Assembly: GCF_009914755.1 (NCBI RefSeq)
Contig: NC_060933.1
DNA from: the human T2T-CHM13v2.0 reference genome, Homo sapiens
Strand: one strand, 5' to 3'
DNA length: 64,000 nt
Position 1 is the first letter of the stretch. Every line of letters begins with the position of its first letter. The translations under genes were made by a program, and so were the position numbers. This document shows, one piece after another, positions 1 to 15,344 of this stretch. The notes beneath the pieces were generated by a model, which made no database searches, was not told where the DNA came from, and saw only the letters and a list, made by a program, of their open reading frames with translations.

Positions 1-349
1 TTAGCCAAAAGATTGTTTCAAAGAAAAGACAGTTTCAAGTTCCCTCAAGACTTAGAAACGAGTATTCACAGGCAATGAGTTATGAATAACTAGATTATTC
101 TTTTCCTTCCTGAAGTTGTTTCTGGTAATAGCTCTAGAAGGCCACACATGATTGGCCTAGTTGGAACTACTTCATGTTTGAAGTCATAAATTTCATGTTA
201 TTAAAAATACTTCATAATTTGCACTTTTTTCCTATCATTAAATCATTTTAAATGAGTGGCGTTGATGTATTTCTAGCACTTAATTTAGGACAATTTTACT
301 ATTGCTACCACCTTTCCTAATACATCCTTTAGTGAGCTCTACCACAGGA

Positions 350-570
350 CCTAAGAGATAATGATAGGTAACAGGTATTGACTTCAAACTTAAGTGTTTC
401 ATGATCCTCCCAACAACCTTATGAGGCCAAAGCTAATATTGCCTGTATTGTAACGATTAGGAAACTGAGGAATGGAGCCATGAGGGACGTGCCTCAGGTT
501 ACCGAGCTAACAAGTTAACACTAGGATTTGAGTTCAAGCAGGCTGGCTGTAAAGCTGGTGCTCCGTATGT
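350..570 (-). mobile_element. MIR SINE fragment
   Basis: MIR core-like atcctcccaacaaccttatgagg...gaaactgagg...ggatttgagttcaagcagg. Confidence 0.65.
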
Positions 571-2352
571 GAACTGGATTCTTGAACTGGGCTGGGGCTA
601 GAGCGAGGCCAGCCAGGTGTCTAGGGCACAATTTGAAAGATGGTGGTAACTCTTAGGTTCATGCAAGTGCCCAGTGGCCACTCCTACTAGCACTGGCAGT
701 TGTGTTATTGTTGCACTAAAGTAGAATTCTAAAGTTAACTGAAGTCACTGGAGAGGCACCCCTTGATCCCAGCAAGTCTTCAGGTATTTGTGCCATGAAC
801 AAATCCTTTTCAGATCTTGACTTGCAAGTATGTGGCACAGTAGTGAAATTGGCACATACATTTTAAATTTCACCTTGTGAAAAAGAGAAGTTGCATCAAG
901 TCTGTAATTCAGTGCTAATTAGTTAACCCCAGAGCACGTTTGCTTTGTCCGTTATAACTGAAGATGGATTTGCTGTTTTTTATTGCCTTCAGGTGAATTT
1001 TCTCATCACTCTTGAACTTTAGTACTTCCCATTCTTTTGGAGTAGTCCCTACTCTCTGGTGAGTGAACTTGAGGGAAACCTTGCGAGTGGAAAGGGCCTG
1101 GTGGGAAGGGGTGTGGAGGACACGTCCTGCCATCTCCATGAACAGAATCCAGACATCAGAACAAGGTGGTGAAAAATGCCTGCGCTGTTCCTTGCCTTTC
1201 GAACACCCACAGGCAGAGCAGCGTCGGAGCTGCTTGGTCACTTCAATGTGCCTGTCCTCGAATGTCCCGTCTGGCAGCCAGTGATTGAGAGAGACTGCTG
1301 AGGGCACATGCTAATTTTCCAGTCATTTGGTCAAGCCCCATCTCACACGCTACAAGACCCTGGAGCCTGTGTTTACTGAGTTAAAATCTCTGCCTGACCA
1401 TAAATTAATGAACAGTAAGTTCCCTCCCTCTCTCTTTTAGAAATGTTTATCCTGTTGCCAAGAAGGAAAGGAGAAACCTCTTTTGTGTTTATTAACCACG
1501 CTTCCATCTCTTTTTAAAAATTATCATCATGCTGTAATCAGTCTTGCTGAATTATTATATAGAAACATAGGCCACGGCTGTTTGCTTTAAGGATTTTAAT
1601 TCAGCCTCAAGTAAATTCATGCAATTTCACCTCAAGCCCCTTGAGTCGGGGTAGGAAGTACAGAGTCGCCAGCACTGTTTTACCTTACCTGTGGAGAGTT
1701 CTAGGTTTGTCACCTGAACTAGGACACAGCCTCTGAGGGTGCTTCCAGGCTTTTCAAAGACTGCTCTCAAGGCAGATTTTCCTCTTTGCGTTTACTCCAG
1801 GCTCCTGGGTCTTGGGGAGGTTGATTGATTACCTCTCCATCACGCTTCACTCAACGCTGTTGAATTGAATGCCACGTCTAATTACATGCAGGTCTCCTGC
1901 TGGCTTCTCAGGGTGTCTGACCCATGGGGTGCACTGGCAGGTCTCAGGCAGAGGAGGCGTTCAGGGTATGTCTGTTGTGTTCCCCCTGTGGAGGCGCCAG
2001 CCTTAAACAGGCTCAGCCCTCCCTATCTGGAGTCCTGCAGAATGGCGCCTTCTCTGTGGCTCCAGCTCTGTCTGGGATCCAGCAAAGCTATTTTCCCTTC
2101 CTGATCCCTGGAGTTGGTAAGGGCTTCCCACTGTTGTCAGTTCCTGAGTGCCTATTTCCTGTTTGTTTCTTTACCCCGCCCGCATCTCTCTGTGTGGCCC
2201 TACAATATATCTCTTCATTTGAACCATATGGGGTGAGTTATTTTTCCTTGACAAAACCCTGAGACATATGTTATATTCTTTAATGTATGATCTCATTTTA
2301 TCTTCCATCAAATCTCTTCCAACTCCAGTAAATATTTATTAAGTGTCAATTA

Positions 2353-3042
<690 letters not shown>

Positions 3043-3626
3043 TGTATGTCGGCCAGTGAGCTAGGTGCTGGGAGGTACCTCCACAAACCAAGCAACTCCA
3101 TCTTTGGCCTTATGGGCTATGGCCTAATGGTAGTGTGTATAATATTGATACTATCACTGCCCATAATAAGAGAACAATGGCTTAAAAAGTTAAATGACTT
3201 TTCCAAGGGCACACACATCAGATTTGTCTGCCTATAAAATCTCTGCTTCTGGCATTGTTTCTCTGAGGCCAATGATTTTCCTTTGTCTCTTGGGTGTCTC
3301 TAGGCTGCAAGTTCTGAGCTAGCCATAAGATCTCTGCTCTTCATTTTGGTGGCTGTAATTCTTCTTGACTTGGTGTAAATGCATGAAGTATCCCTGCCCT
3401 TGTAACCTGTTTTCTTTTTTTTATTTCTCTTTTATCTTTTTTTAAAAAAATCATTTTCTTCTCTTTTCTTTCAGTTCTCTTTTTACTCAAGACAAACACC
3501 ATAAATATGCTTTGTCTTTTCTTTAATTTTCACACTTTAAAATTTTCAAATTGGTTGGGCGGAATGTACTTAGCTTGCATGTTTATGTGTGTGTGCGAGA
3601 GAGAGAGAGCAAGGAAAGGGCACAAG

Positions 3627-3632
<6 letters not shown>

Positions 3633-3657
<25 letters not shown>
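3633..3657. repeat. (CA)n microsatellite
   Basis: Direct reading. Confidence 0.95.
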
Positions 3658-4109
3658 CCCTATGGAATAGGAATACCATGTATTTTCAGTTCTATTTGAT
3701 CAAATGGGAATGTAATCCCAGTACATACACCATTTACCATTATCACCTCCTCAGTGCTTACTGTGCTGTAACACTCCCAGCTCTTCTTAAAAAACTTTCC
3801 ATGTTGTATTTTTTGCTCTTTGTTTTTACTTCCTTATAAATAGCAAGAAGTTTTGCTGAGAAGAAATAATTACAAATCCCAAAAGGTTGGTGTTCCGTTC
3901 TGAGCTCCAAGATGTAAGGATTGAGTGGATTTCAAACTTGGCAAAATTTCTGACTTGGCAAATGCTTCCATCCTTATTTATGACAGCTTGGAAACTTCCA
4001 TTTTCCAGGGTTTATAAATGATGCTGCTGATTTTGTCTCCTTTTTTTATTTTGCTGTGAATTATAAAATAACCAGCCTGAAGGTTTCCTTATAATATTAA
4101 CCCTCTTAG

Positions 4110-4122
4110 CAGAGAGGGAGAG

Positions 4123-4171
<49 letters not shown>

Positions 4172-4173
4172 AG
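4110..4173. repeat. (GA)n microsatellite / purine tract
   Basis: Direct reading. Confidence 0.95.
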
Positions 4174-4774
4174 AATGTGTGTAAATTGCTGTGTTCTTTC
4201 TTTTCTTGGTTATGAGGTGCATTTTACATATTTCATAAGCCCATTTACTTCCCTTTTTCTGCCTTTCAACAAAATGAAAATCTAGAAATGTTGAGGTTTG
4301 GGATACAGAGAGTGACAACCTGTGTTTGTCATTTTCACCATAAAGGACTTCTTGGCCAGCAGTCCTCTAAGGGATGATACATTTCATCTCCAAATTGCAA
4401 TTTAGCATTTGGAATTCTGGAGCAAGATAGGTAATGCATAAAGTATCAGAGAGTCTTTTTCTAGTGGTGTGAATAGGCTATTTCAGGGGGTCTCCATGCC
4501 CATATTCTTAGAAAATTGTCCAAGTGGAGGAAAAACAAAGAAGTTGTCACCTTCTTTTCCCTTGACACTCCTCCCCCACTGAAGCCTTCTTCTTTTTCTT
4601 TTTCACTTTCTTACTTCTATACTCAATTCCTCAAAGCCCACTCATCTTAGGTTTCCTTTGTAAGTGCTTTTTCCTTTCGATTCATGGGAATATGAAGAAA
4701 TTAGGAGCCTTCATTTATTGGGTAGAGTAGATAGATTTTACCAAATGTGGGCAATAGGAATTTTGCAGTGCAGA

Positions 4775-5215
4775 ATGTGTCCTCTCAGAAGCAGACACCA
4801 AGATGGAATTAAAGCTGCAAAGATTTTTATCCTGAGAAACTCTTGGGTGAGAGAAACTGGGAAGGGAATCCGAGAGCAAGGATCTGTAAGAGCATCAGAC
4901 TGCAATGCAAGCAGGACTGTGGGTGAATAAGAGAGGGATGGAGGCTTAGGTCAAGCACCCTCGACTGCCGTTCACTCTAGGGAGTTACTGGCGAGGCTGC
5001 TGGGGAGTATTTGAGCCAAATCAGCCATCAGAAGACTTCCTTGTCTCCCAGGAGGGTTCTGCCTTTATATTTCCACCACTCTCACTCATTGGCTCTGGAG
5101 CTTGGCCTCTGTGCAAATGAGGCGATAAATTCCTGAGTTCAGCATTTGGTACCCTTGGTCAACTATGTTCCCTGTCCTTGAAGGTCTACGAGGTGCATTC
5201 TCAACAGTAGACACT
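4775..5215 (-). mobile_element. Old ERVL LTR (LTR16/LTR33-like)
   Basis: cagaagcagacaccaagatggaattaaagctgcaagatttt and downstream motifs typical of antisense ERVL solo LTRs. Confidence 0.55.
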
Positions 5216-5859
5216 GTCTTATCTGAGCTCCACTTAACAGATATGCTCGTTAATTGCTGCTTGCCATCTCTCTGTAAAACACAATGACCAACCTACACCC
5301 TGGACACTCCTGGCTGAACATCTGGGTTGAGTGCTTTCGGAAACTCCACTTCCTTAAATGACCTACTGTCAGTTTCATTGGTTAAAAGGGCTTCTACTAC
5401 AATCATTTTTTTTTTTTAAAAGTACCCAGGCTGGGCAAGTCAACATTTTGAAATGTTTAAAAAATGTAATTTTTGAGCTGTAGCTACCCTTTTATTTATG
5501 GCAACATAAAACAACATCTGAAACTAAGACCTGTTTTTGTTTTTCTCGCCTACATACTGAAACCACGAGTGATTTTTATTTCATTTCATTTTGTGTTCCC
5601 CATCAAACAAATTTCCTATCATGACAGCTCTTGTTATTGATTCATATTCTTTCAGAAGAGTGTTTATGGAAGTGTACATCAATGCCTTGCCAGGCATGAG
5701 GACCAAGTCGGAGTGGTACAGAGCGATGCATCCTCTTACACAATTACTCACTCCTGGACTTCAGCAGCCCTTGCATTGAATTGTTTTCAAGGAAAATGAG
5801 ACCTTATTCAGATGCAACCAACTTTATTGAGTACTTTCTATGTGGTAGACCATAGGTTC

Positions 5860-6160
5860 CTGATTCAAATGACTACAGGTTGGGACAGTCCTGGGCGTCA
5901 GTAGCTGGGGTGGAGGAGAATGCCCCATGCACAGGATAGGGCTGCCCCTAGCCCAGCCCATGTTGGCGTGCAGGAATGAAAGCCTAGCGTACCCAAATCT
6001 TCTAATTTTTTTAAGACAAGGGGAGATCCGGGTTTTTATGTGAAATTTTCTAGTTTTTAAATGTTGGCAAGACCCTTCACATTTTTTAAGGTCTCTATGA
6101 GCCAAACATAACAAGTGTTGATGCCAAATGTTGCCGTTTGTGACTTTCTGGCTGGACATT
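5860..6160. mobile_element. MER103C-like hAT-Charlie element
   Basis: tttttatgtgaaattttctagtttttaaatgttggcaa motif, shared with copies at ~9745-9960, ~11250-11660 and ~53480-53730. Confidence 0.6.
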
Positions 6161-6211
6161 CTGCTCGTGGCTTTCAGACGTGGTTCCTTTACAACAGCCC
6201 TGAGTAGATAC

Positions 6212-6550
6212 TTGTCTTAAGTCAGGCTTCCTGGAAACAGATGCTGAGATGAGGATTCATGTGCAAGTAATTTATTAAGGGTGTGCCTGGGACCGGTATG
6301 GGGAAGCAGGACAGTGGGGGAGGAGCTAAGCAGGAGTATGATTTGAGCCAAAGCCTTGTGGAGGTGGTTTCAGCCATTTAGTTTCAGTGGTTTAAGTTGC
6401 CCTTCAGAGTTGTCCCACCCTGAGCTTAGGGAGCTGGGCTTTCATATGTGTACACCTGTCAGTCATTAGCTGCAGGTTGCAACAGGCAAAAATGGGCTCC
6501 AATAGCTCAAGGGAAGGCCTCCAGAAAAGTGACACAGGTGCTGGCTGTTG
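6212..6550 (-). mobile_element. Old ERVL LTR (LTR16-like)
   Basis: tgtcttaagtcaggcttcctggaaacagatgctgagatgaggattcatgtgcaagtaatttatt is the antisense LTR16-type terminus. Confidence 0.6.
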
Positions 6551-8421
6551 GCACTGCAGGGCACACAATGGCAGTAACAGTGGTTCTGAGAGAACCCTCA
6601 CGACCCACCACCAGCAATCTGTGGCTCTCCCTAGTCGACAGGCTGAGCCAGAATTCAGAAACTGATCTTTTGACTCTGTGGCCAGTGCTTGTTGGCACCC
6701 TTTCCACCTGCTTCTTACTGAGATCAGCATGCAGAATTCAGATCATCTTAGACCCTGGCAAATTGGTATGTTGGCCCTGGGCTACTAGCTCTTCTTTTCC
6801 TCTAGTAATGCATGGAGAGAGGGTGGCATGGCTATTCAGAGGTGGGGCAGCCCAACAGGAGCAAGAAAGGGGCTCTGGAGCCCCCAACCCTGTAGGCAGC
6901 CCTAAATGGGCTCCCAAGAGAGGCTGAGGCAGCTCTCAGTTCTAAATTTTTCTTGCTAAGTTTGGCAATTTCTTCCCTGAGATGCAGACAGTGTTTCTGG
7001 GTGCTCTGTGTCCTGGTGAGTTCTGGGCCTATGAGACACACTTGTCCGCTGCTGGAAAGGTGGACCTTTTGGGGAAATAGGCCAGCAGCTTCTACATCTT
7101 GCATCACAGTGCCACAGTATGTAGGCTGTTTCCTTTGGAGAGCTTAAAGCTATTCATGGTTTTAATTTGGAGATACACCCTCTAAAATCCAACCAATTTC
7201 CCTTGAAGGAAATCTATCAGATCTGAGGAGAGAAGACAGAAGCTACAGCACCATCTGCTAACCAAACACCTCTGGATTTTGTGGGTTCCAGAGGCAAAAA
7301 GATCAGTTTTTTTTTTTTTTTAACTGAGTTCATCACGTGTTCCCAGACACACCTGCCCCGTGCCTTCTGCTGTAGTGGACAATTTGCTCATCCTTCCAAC
7401 TCCTGGATTACCCAGGACAGCTTTCCTCTCCCTGGGCTCTTGAATGTGGTTCCAAAATCAAGCCAAGTCTTCCTCACCCAAATCTTTCAAACCTGTCCAT
7501 TTTGTGTACCCCCACCCTGTCTACCATCCTCCAGGCCCTTTGTAATTGAGAGGGCCAAGCTGGTCTTCTCTCTCCCCTTCTCACCATGCTTCCACCCCCT
7601 GAGCCCCACATTATCTTCCCAAGATGCAGGCTTGAGCCTTAGGCAACTTGCGCAGCTGAGTAGATTAAGTCCAAGCTTCTCAAAAGAGCATCCCAAGTTC
7701 AGGACATTGTCACTCCAGCCATGCTTCCCCACCCACCACCTCTGGTCCACTTCCTTAAGCTGCCTACTCCACTTGGTTTGACCCTCTTCCTCCCACCACC
7801 CTCAACTTATTGATTGGGTGACCTTGAACTTGGCACTTAACTCTCCAAGTCTTAGATTTGTCCTCATTAAAACAAGGGTGGGGTGACTAGGAGATTTAAG
7901 TGGAAAAAAAGTCTGGCAAGTCATTCAGACAGCATGGCATGCAGTAACAGAAGCAATGACCATAACAATGATTATCATGATTGTTACCTATCTTCCCACC
8001 CTCCTAGAAGCTGGCACAGAATTCTGCACACAGAGTGGCACCTTCTTTCCTATACCCCCATATTAATAATTGTGCCATAGTGTTCATCTGGTGAGAGGAG
8101 CTTGGGTCTGCTGTTGCTGCATTAAACTGGATTGCTCCAAAGCATTAGACCACATGCCACTCCTGTCAAAGGTGCTACTGGGCTTTCAAAGAAACAGATG
8201 AAAAAGATGTGATTCTCAGTTGAGTTCACTTTTGTTGAGATGTGTGAATGTTTCTGAGTAAAGCTATGTGGGACCTCATAGCTGAAAGGCTGAATCAGAA
8301 ATAGGGAGCTTCTGAGGCACGGAAGATCAGTAAAGCTTTAGGATTCTGAATGAAACTAAATTCCACCCCCCACCCGCCATGGACAGCAGAAGCAAAGATC
8401 TCTGGGGAACTTCTTCAGGAT

Positions 8422-8835
8422 GTGAACCAGGGGCTGCCATAACAAGTTACCACAAACGTGATGGTTTACAGCAACAGAAATTTATTCTCATCATTGTGGA
8501 GTCTGGAAGTTTGAAAGTGAGGTGTTGACAGGGTTGGTTCCTTTTGGAGGACCTGAGGGTCTCTCTTAGTTTCCAGGGGCAATTATCGGCATCCTTTGGC
8601 TTGTAGCTGTATCACTCCAGTCACTGCAGCTGCCTTCAGCTCGCCTTCTCCCTGAGTCTCTGTGTCCTCTCTTCCTCTTATAGAAATTCTCATTAGATTT
8701 AAAGCCTACCCTAAATCCACGATAATCTCATCTTAGTAATTTTTAATAACATTTGCAAAGGCCCTTATTTCCAAGTAAGATCACTGTCACAGGTTTCAGG
8801 GCTCAGGATTGGACATATCTTTTTTTACAGGCCAC
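8422..8835 (-). mobile_element. MLT1 (ERVL-MaLR) solo LTR, MLT1C-like
   Basis: gggctgccataacaagttaccacaaa...caacagaaatttattctc...gcaaaggcccttatttcca hallmark sequence. Confidence 0.85.
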
Positions 8836-8869
8836 CATGTAACCCACTACCTGGAGAACAGAGTTGAAC

Positions 8870-9110
8870 TGAGAGGTTGATAGCACAATGGAAGGTACAG
8901 GATGTAGATGCCAAGAAGATCTGAGTTCCAATCCCTGTTTGGCCCATGATGTGGACGTATCCCCTAACCTCACTAAATCTCAGTTTTTCCTTTTCTGTAA
9001 AAGGGGGATACTCATTTCCACCACGTAGATTGTGAGAATAAGTTAACAATGCATGTATCTAGTACTTAGTAGATTCACAATATAGTTATTGTCTATAGCT
9101 ATTACCACCA
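8870..9110 (+). mobile_element. MIR SINE
   Basis: ctgagttccaatccctg...ctcagtttttccttttctgtaaaaggggata core. Confidence 0.7.
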
Positions 9111-9744
9111 CTCATTCATTCATTTAATAAAAATTTAAATCTCTGGACATCAAGGTGAAAGAGACATATCATATGGCTTTTAGTCATAAAAACACTTTGA
9201 AGGAGTTTTGTGTTTGTTGAATGAATAAACAGGTGTTCAGATCTGAAGCCTATCAGAAGTATTTGCTTTGTTCCAAGCGAAAGAAGGGGGTTTGGCAGGT
9301 CCTCTTATGCACTGTGCTGCCTGCAGGGTGAATGATGATGATGGTGATGCCAGACTTTAAAGGAAGCTCCTATTTTAGACTAGTGTTTATAATCCTTAAA
9401 GAATATCATTACATTATCATTCACTTCAATGGTCCACATAGGTGGTCATCAGAGTGAATTCTATGGGGAACTAATATCAAGAGGCAATGTGAGGTGTCTT
9501 AACTAAAGAAAAAAACTTACAGCACAGAGCAAGGTGGGGCCAGGCAAGTAACAGTTAAAGGGAGGAGAGAGGGGCAGCCCCTTGGAGAGTGTGTGTCTTA
9601 TTTAAACAGGGCAGCTGATACTCACTCGTTCATTCAACCATGCATTTAACCCTTCTCCTTGCCTTGGACTGTGCCAAGTGCTGGGGCCACAGGGTGAGAA
9701 AAGCAAAGTACTGTCTTCAGGGAGCTTATGTTCTCTGAGCGCAA

Positions 9745-9960
9745 CTCCAGCTCTGGGTGCCACGTGGGAATCTAGGGCTTTTTGCTGCCAAATCATCTGC
9801 TTTTTAAAGAGAAGAAGCCAGAGGTTATGTGAAATCTCCTGATTTTTAAATGTTGGCAAACAATGTACATTTTTAAAGAACACTGTGCAGGCCAGACAAA
9901 ACTTGTCTTTTGACTCAATTGGGCCTGGCCTGTAGGCTGCCAATCTGTAACCCTTGGGGT
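9745..9960. mobile_element. MER103C-like hAT-Charlie element
   Basis: atgtgaaatctcctgatttttaaatgttggcaa...cactgtgcaggccagacaaaac. Confidence 0.65.
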
Positions 9961-11232
9961 GGAATCTCATGACTTTTGCCTTAAGAAACATTTTTCAAAT
10001 GTCTGATTTTACGCTAATTCTCATTTTTCCTGACTTCATTGCAAGCTGCCAATGCTTACTGCTTGTTGTCTATGTCCTCCTGGATTTAACGATTCCTAGG
10101 TGCTTCACCTCTGCGTTTTCAGCTGAGCTAACCTCAGTCTATCAGTTTCTCCCTTGCAAACCTAAGCCCCATATCTTTGATTACAGTTTCGTGTTCTCTC
10201 AAGCTTCCAGAAAGGCTCTGAGCATTGCCCATTTTTCCCTCAACATTTCTTCTCTTGAGAATTGGAATCTAGTCCAAACCCTTAACTAAACAGCTTATAG
10301 ATTAGAGCTGCTTTTAAGCCTTTCTTTTGAAACTTGCCCTTCCAATTTTCATACCCATTGAGTTGCATTGACTCCCAACCTTAGGTGTGATATTAATTTC
10401 TCTCAGAGGGACATGGATTTAATAGACTTTTTAATTAACATTTTGCAGAATCGGAGCTGTCATTCTTTATGGCAGACTGATACAAATGTCTATAATTACA
10501 TTTTTGGCATTACATCTGGGGAAAAGTCTAGAGATGTTTGTTTTAACCCCTTCCTAAAACATACTGATTTATGGGCAGGCCTCTTTGTGCACACCTCTAA
10601 CAGGCCCAGTTGCCATGACAACGCAGAACATCATTTGTCAAAGAGCTATAACTTCATTATATGTTGAAGCTGAAAATTTATCTTTTAGAATTTATTTTTA
10701 TGACAGGGAAATTTTGCATTTCCATAGATATGCTTCTTCTCCCTAATTCTGCTTGTCTTTAGGGAGATTCAGGATTCAGGTGAATACTTTCTAGAGAACA
10801 AGACAAACCTCCTACCTTTCATTCTCTCCCCCTACCCCCAGATGAATTATTGTATTCATTCCAAAGAGAACTCAGATGGCCTCATTAGTACAACAACACA
10901 ACAAAGGTGAAATTGTATGCCAAGTGTGTCTAACTAAATATGATTTTTGTTTCTTTTAAAAGATTAAAATTTTATTGGTTGATTATTTTTGGCAGTAAAG
11001 TTCAAAGAAAGGGAAGAAAGAAAATGTCTGTAAATCCTTCCTACAAGCTGGAGAAAGTGAAATATTTAGTTATTATATTTCCTTGTGTGATGTGTGATTC
11101 ATGGATTGAAAAGTCAAAGCCGATTAAAGGGGCAGGCAAATATATAAATTAGTGCAGTAGGCTCCTGGGGACTGTGTCAAATGGAATGCTACATGCCTTC
11201 TCTGAAGATAGTAGCTTGTTAGTGTTTACTGA

Positions 11233-11641
<409 letters not shown>

Positions 11642-12803
11642 TAATTTTAAAATGTCTTCAGGTCATATGAATTTTGTTTGTTTGTTTGTTTGTTTTTTGT
11701 TCTTTTTTAAGCAGGTAATAGTCAAACAAAGCACATCTGAGGGCAGGTTCACTCTATGGACTCCTAGATTTGGTTTCTGCCCTAATGAATGCTACACAAC
11801 AGCTTAGAATGGCTTTGTTTCTCTAAACGAAATAGCCAAATCAATCATTGTGCTCTCCAGGCCTTCTCAGGATCTGGTGTGTTGAGTGTTCTGTCTGTTG
11901 GCCTCTTAAGGGGCGATGTTCCGCCTGTTTGCATGCTGGGCCGTTGTTGGACTCTGCACCACCCGGGAGAGGACACAGTGAGAGAATCCCACCTGCTCCT
12001 CGCCGACATGCCAAGATGGATGGCGGGGGTCCATCAGATGCCTTCTGGGATTGTTCAGGGATTTATGATGCTCACTTTTTGTTCTTGATGGATGGGGTCA
12101 TTTAATCCTCTGCACTAAACCCCATCTTTTTCTTTTGTATTGAGAACTCCTGGACTGCTGCTGCCTTTCCACAAGGGATAGCAAAGATTTTCTTTCCTCT
12201 TACTGCATTTGAGAGTGTTTTGTTACTCATTCATCAATGAGGGAAAAACACTAGTAATTCTTGGGAATAAACCATCAAAAACATCTGGGGCAAAGCTTCC
12301 CTGTGGGTATTACTGCACCAGAGTAGGAGCAGTTTAGGGAACACCCCCTTCTCTCCAAATCATCCTATGGTGGACATCTATCACCTATCATCTCGCTGGT
12401 TGAAAGTTAGATTTAAGACATGTTGGCATTCATGTAGACTTATGCTAAGTATGGAAGCCTCACAGTGGCTCTGGCAACGACAGCAGGTCAAGACATGCTT
12501 CATGCTTCTTCCCACCTTTCCCAGGCCCTCCCATGATGCCTTTCACACACCCTAGGCACAAGTCTGTCCTTGTTTACCCTCACGTTCTTGTATACAGTTT
12601 CCTGTACACAGAATGTTGTGCACCATCGTATCTCATTTTAACCCAGGCAGGGCTTTATTGATCCTTTATGGGCATTTAAATATTAGCACCACTGGTTAGA
12701 AGTGTGATAGAAACAGTTTCCCAATAAGTAGCTGTTAGAAACTGGCACAGGTTTGGGTTCCTTATTATTTTCCTGTCTCCTTATGCTTTAGAGCAGCCTA
12801 AGG

Positions 12804-12878
12804 GTGTGTGTGTATGTGTGTGAGCATGCGTGTATGTGTATGAGCATGCATGCGTGTGTGTGTGTGTGTGTGTGTGTG
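12804..12878. repeat. Compound (TG)n purine-pyrimidine tract
   Basis: Direct reading; interrupted by gcatgc units. Confidence 0.9.
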
Positions 12879-13029
12879 ATTTTGGCTTAATTTTTCTTTC
12901 TTTGAACTGTTCTTAGCCTATAAGAGAGAAAGGAGATGTTATAGATTATTGAACAAAATATGCTCATACCCTATGCCAGGTAGAGGCAGTTTAATCTCCA
13001 AAGCTTTTCTCAATATTTTTTTAAAAAAG

Positions 13030-13665
13030 TATTTTGAAATAACCATAGAATGGTAATGAACTAATTATGATCCCATATTCTGTGTTTACTTCTTCCCTCA
13101 AGTGATTTTTAAAAATCCTACTGGCATTGTATTTTTTAAACAATATATGAATTACAAAGTAGTAAAGATTTCCTATAATCCTGCCACCCAGAAATATTTC
13201 ATTTAGTTTTCCTAATGCTTTTCTGTGCCTATAATTGTTCTGTGCTTGAATCATATTGTATATAAATATTTTTATTTCCTATTACATGTACTGAACAGTA
13301 TATTTACAAGGATTTCTTCATGGAGTTAACATTTGTCATAAATAAACTTTTCCATCGCTCTGTAATATTCTATCCTTTGAATAAACCATAATGTGTTTGA
13401 TATTTTCCTAGTATTGGATGTTTAAGTAATTTCCAATTTCATTGTTAAAAGTAACACTGTAATGGGCATCTCTGTCCATATCTCTGGATTTTTTCCTAGG
13501 ATTGATTTCCAGATATAACATTTCTAAATTATGAGGTTTTGATATTAAGACCCTTATAATATATTGCCAATTTACTTTCCAGAAATATTGGCACAGTCAC
13601 ACCAGAAGAGTATACAAATGCCCATTTGTTAGCAACCTTGTTAACATTGTTTTGCTAATTTCTCC
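13030..13665 (-). mobile_element. Ancient L1M (L1ME-like) fragment
   Basis: Antisense L1 3' motifs: ataaaccataatgtgttt...ggatgtttaagtaatttccaatt...atattgccaatttactttccagaaa. Confidence 0.65.
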
Positions 13666-13809
13666 CCTCATCTTTGCTTTAGTGTTTATATGCTGTTTTA
13701 TATACAAGTCTAACCGAAGGGAGGGGGTCAGGGAAAGGGAGAGAGAGAGAGGATCACTGCCTAATAAGAAAAAATTCTAGTTTTCTATGCCCGTGGTACA
13801 TTGGTGGTC

Positions 13810-14040
13810 AGTTACCCAGGAGAGGCACTTTAGCATATACCAGACAGTACTTTAAGTGTTTTCCATATGCCAACTCCTGTAATCCTCACAACATTCCTGT
13901 GAGGTAGATACCACCATTATCCCCATCCAGAGAAAGAAAGTGAGGCCCAAGGAGGCTAAATGACTTACTCGAGGTGACGGAGCTAATAAATGTCACAGCA
14001 AGAATTCAGACAGGGCCTTTGGGATCCAGAGTCTGCATTC
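13810..14040 (-). mobile_element. MIR SINE
   Basis: taatcctcacaacattcctgtgaggtagataccaccattatccccat...gtgaggcccaaggaggctaaatgactt. Confidence 0.85.
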
Positions 14041-15344
14041 TTGTAAGAGAAAAGAAGAGACTTCAGGGCCTAGGCCACATGATGGATAATCAACAGAAGG
14101 GGTGGTCAGCACAGGTGATCACAGGATGTAAGTACACTTAGGAGATTCTCACAGTTCTCTTTTCTTAGTGACTGGAAGAGTAGGTTCTGATTCAAAGTAA
14201 GATAAACCTCTAAAAAAGGCAAGATATTTTAGCTCAGACGGAAAGATCTTTCACTGCCACTGAAATAAAATTTGTAAATTATTCTTCATGATCATACCCA
14301 GTTAACTCCAAAATAATTCAGAAATTGCATTTGTTTTATGCCTAAAAAACATAGTTGTTTTCTAAATACGAAGAGGTGTTAGGGTTTTCTTTCCACCTTG
14401 ACCTTCAGAACATGGAATCTGATGAAGCTTAATATTCTTGTATTCTCTTGTTACCCGTTTCTCTCCATATAACTGGAAACCTAGTGGCTTTCTTAGATTC
14501 TTAATAAGTTACATGCCTGTGATGTTAAGTTAACAATCACAATTTAATTCAATACACAAGCAATTGGCACCCACACAGGGATGCTAGGCATTTTAAAGAG
14601 GTTCAGAGATATGAGACATACCTTCAAAGGTTTACGTCCTCACAGGGAATTTTAAGTTCACAAGAAAAATATAACAAGGTAGAGCAAGATAAAGATATTA
14701 AAGAACCAAGTGCTACAGTGATCAGAGAAGCTATTTCTTGCTGCAGAGATCCAGGGAAGGATTCCTGGGAAGCTGACATTTCTGCTGGTCCTGAAAGGAG
14801 CAGTAAGAGGATAAAAGCAGAGACGGAGGTGAGGAGCAACCTGGTGGAAGTGTCAGGGCGAGGGAGGTGTAGAAGCAGCACAGGCCCAGCTGTAATCACA
14901 TGATGCAGCATCGTTGTTGCGTGTGATAAACATGCATTAATGTCTATGGCTCCAGCTGTGTATTACGCAATCTTTAACCTAGATAGAAAACCCCAAACCC
15001 CTTGAACCAGCTGCGAAAACATAAAGAGGACCTGCCTTCTCCTTCATTTCACTGTCTTCATTCACCTCAGTATGATTTGCTGTAGTCTTTTTCAATAAAA
15101 GTCTGTTTTACGGAAGTGCTCCTGAGCTGGCCCAGTGTGTTTGAATCGCAGGGAGGAGGACGATGCGGGAGAAATTGGCTTGAATCCTTGGTTTTCTTAT
15201 TTGGGCCATAGATAATATCGGCAGCCACCCCCGCACCTGGATAGATTGGATGCGGGCACTCCTGCACACTCTATGGAGCCTTGAGAAGGCCGTGCTGGGC
15301 TGAGTGGGGACTTCTGTGTCAGAGGAGCCCACAGCTGAGGCTGC

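Noticed and set aside
13735-13770. GA tract followed by ggatcact, echoing the tag at 15831/15984
   Set aside because: Only ~8 nt are shared, which is consistent with chance.
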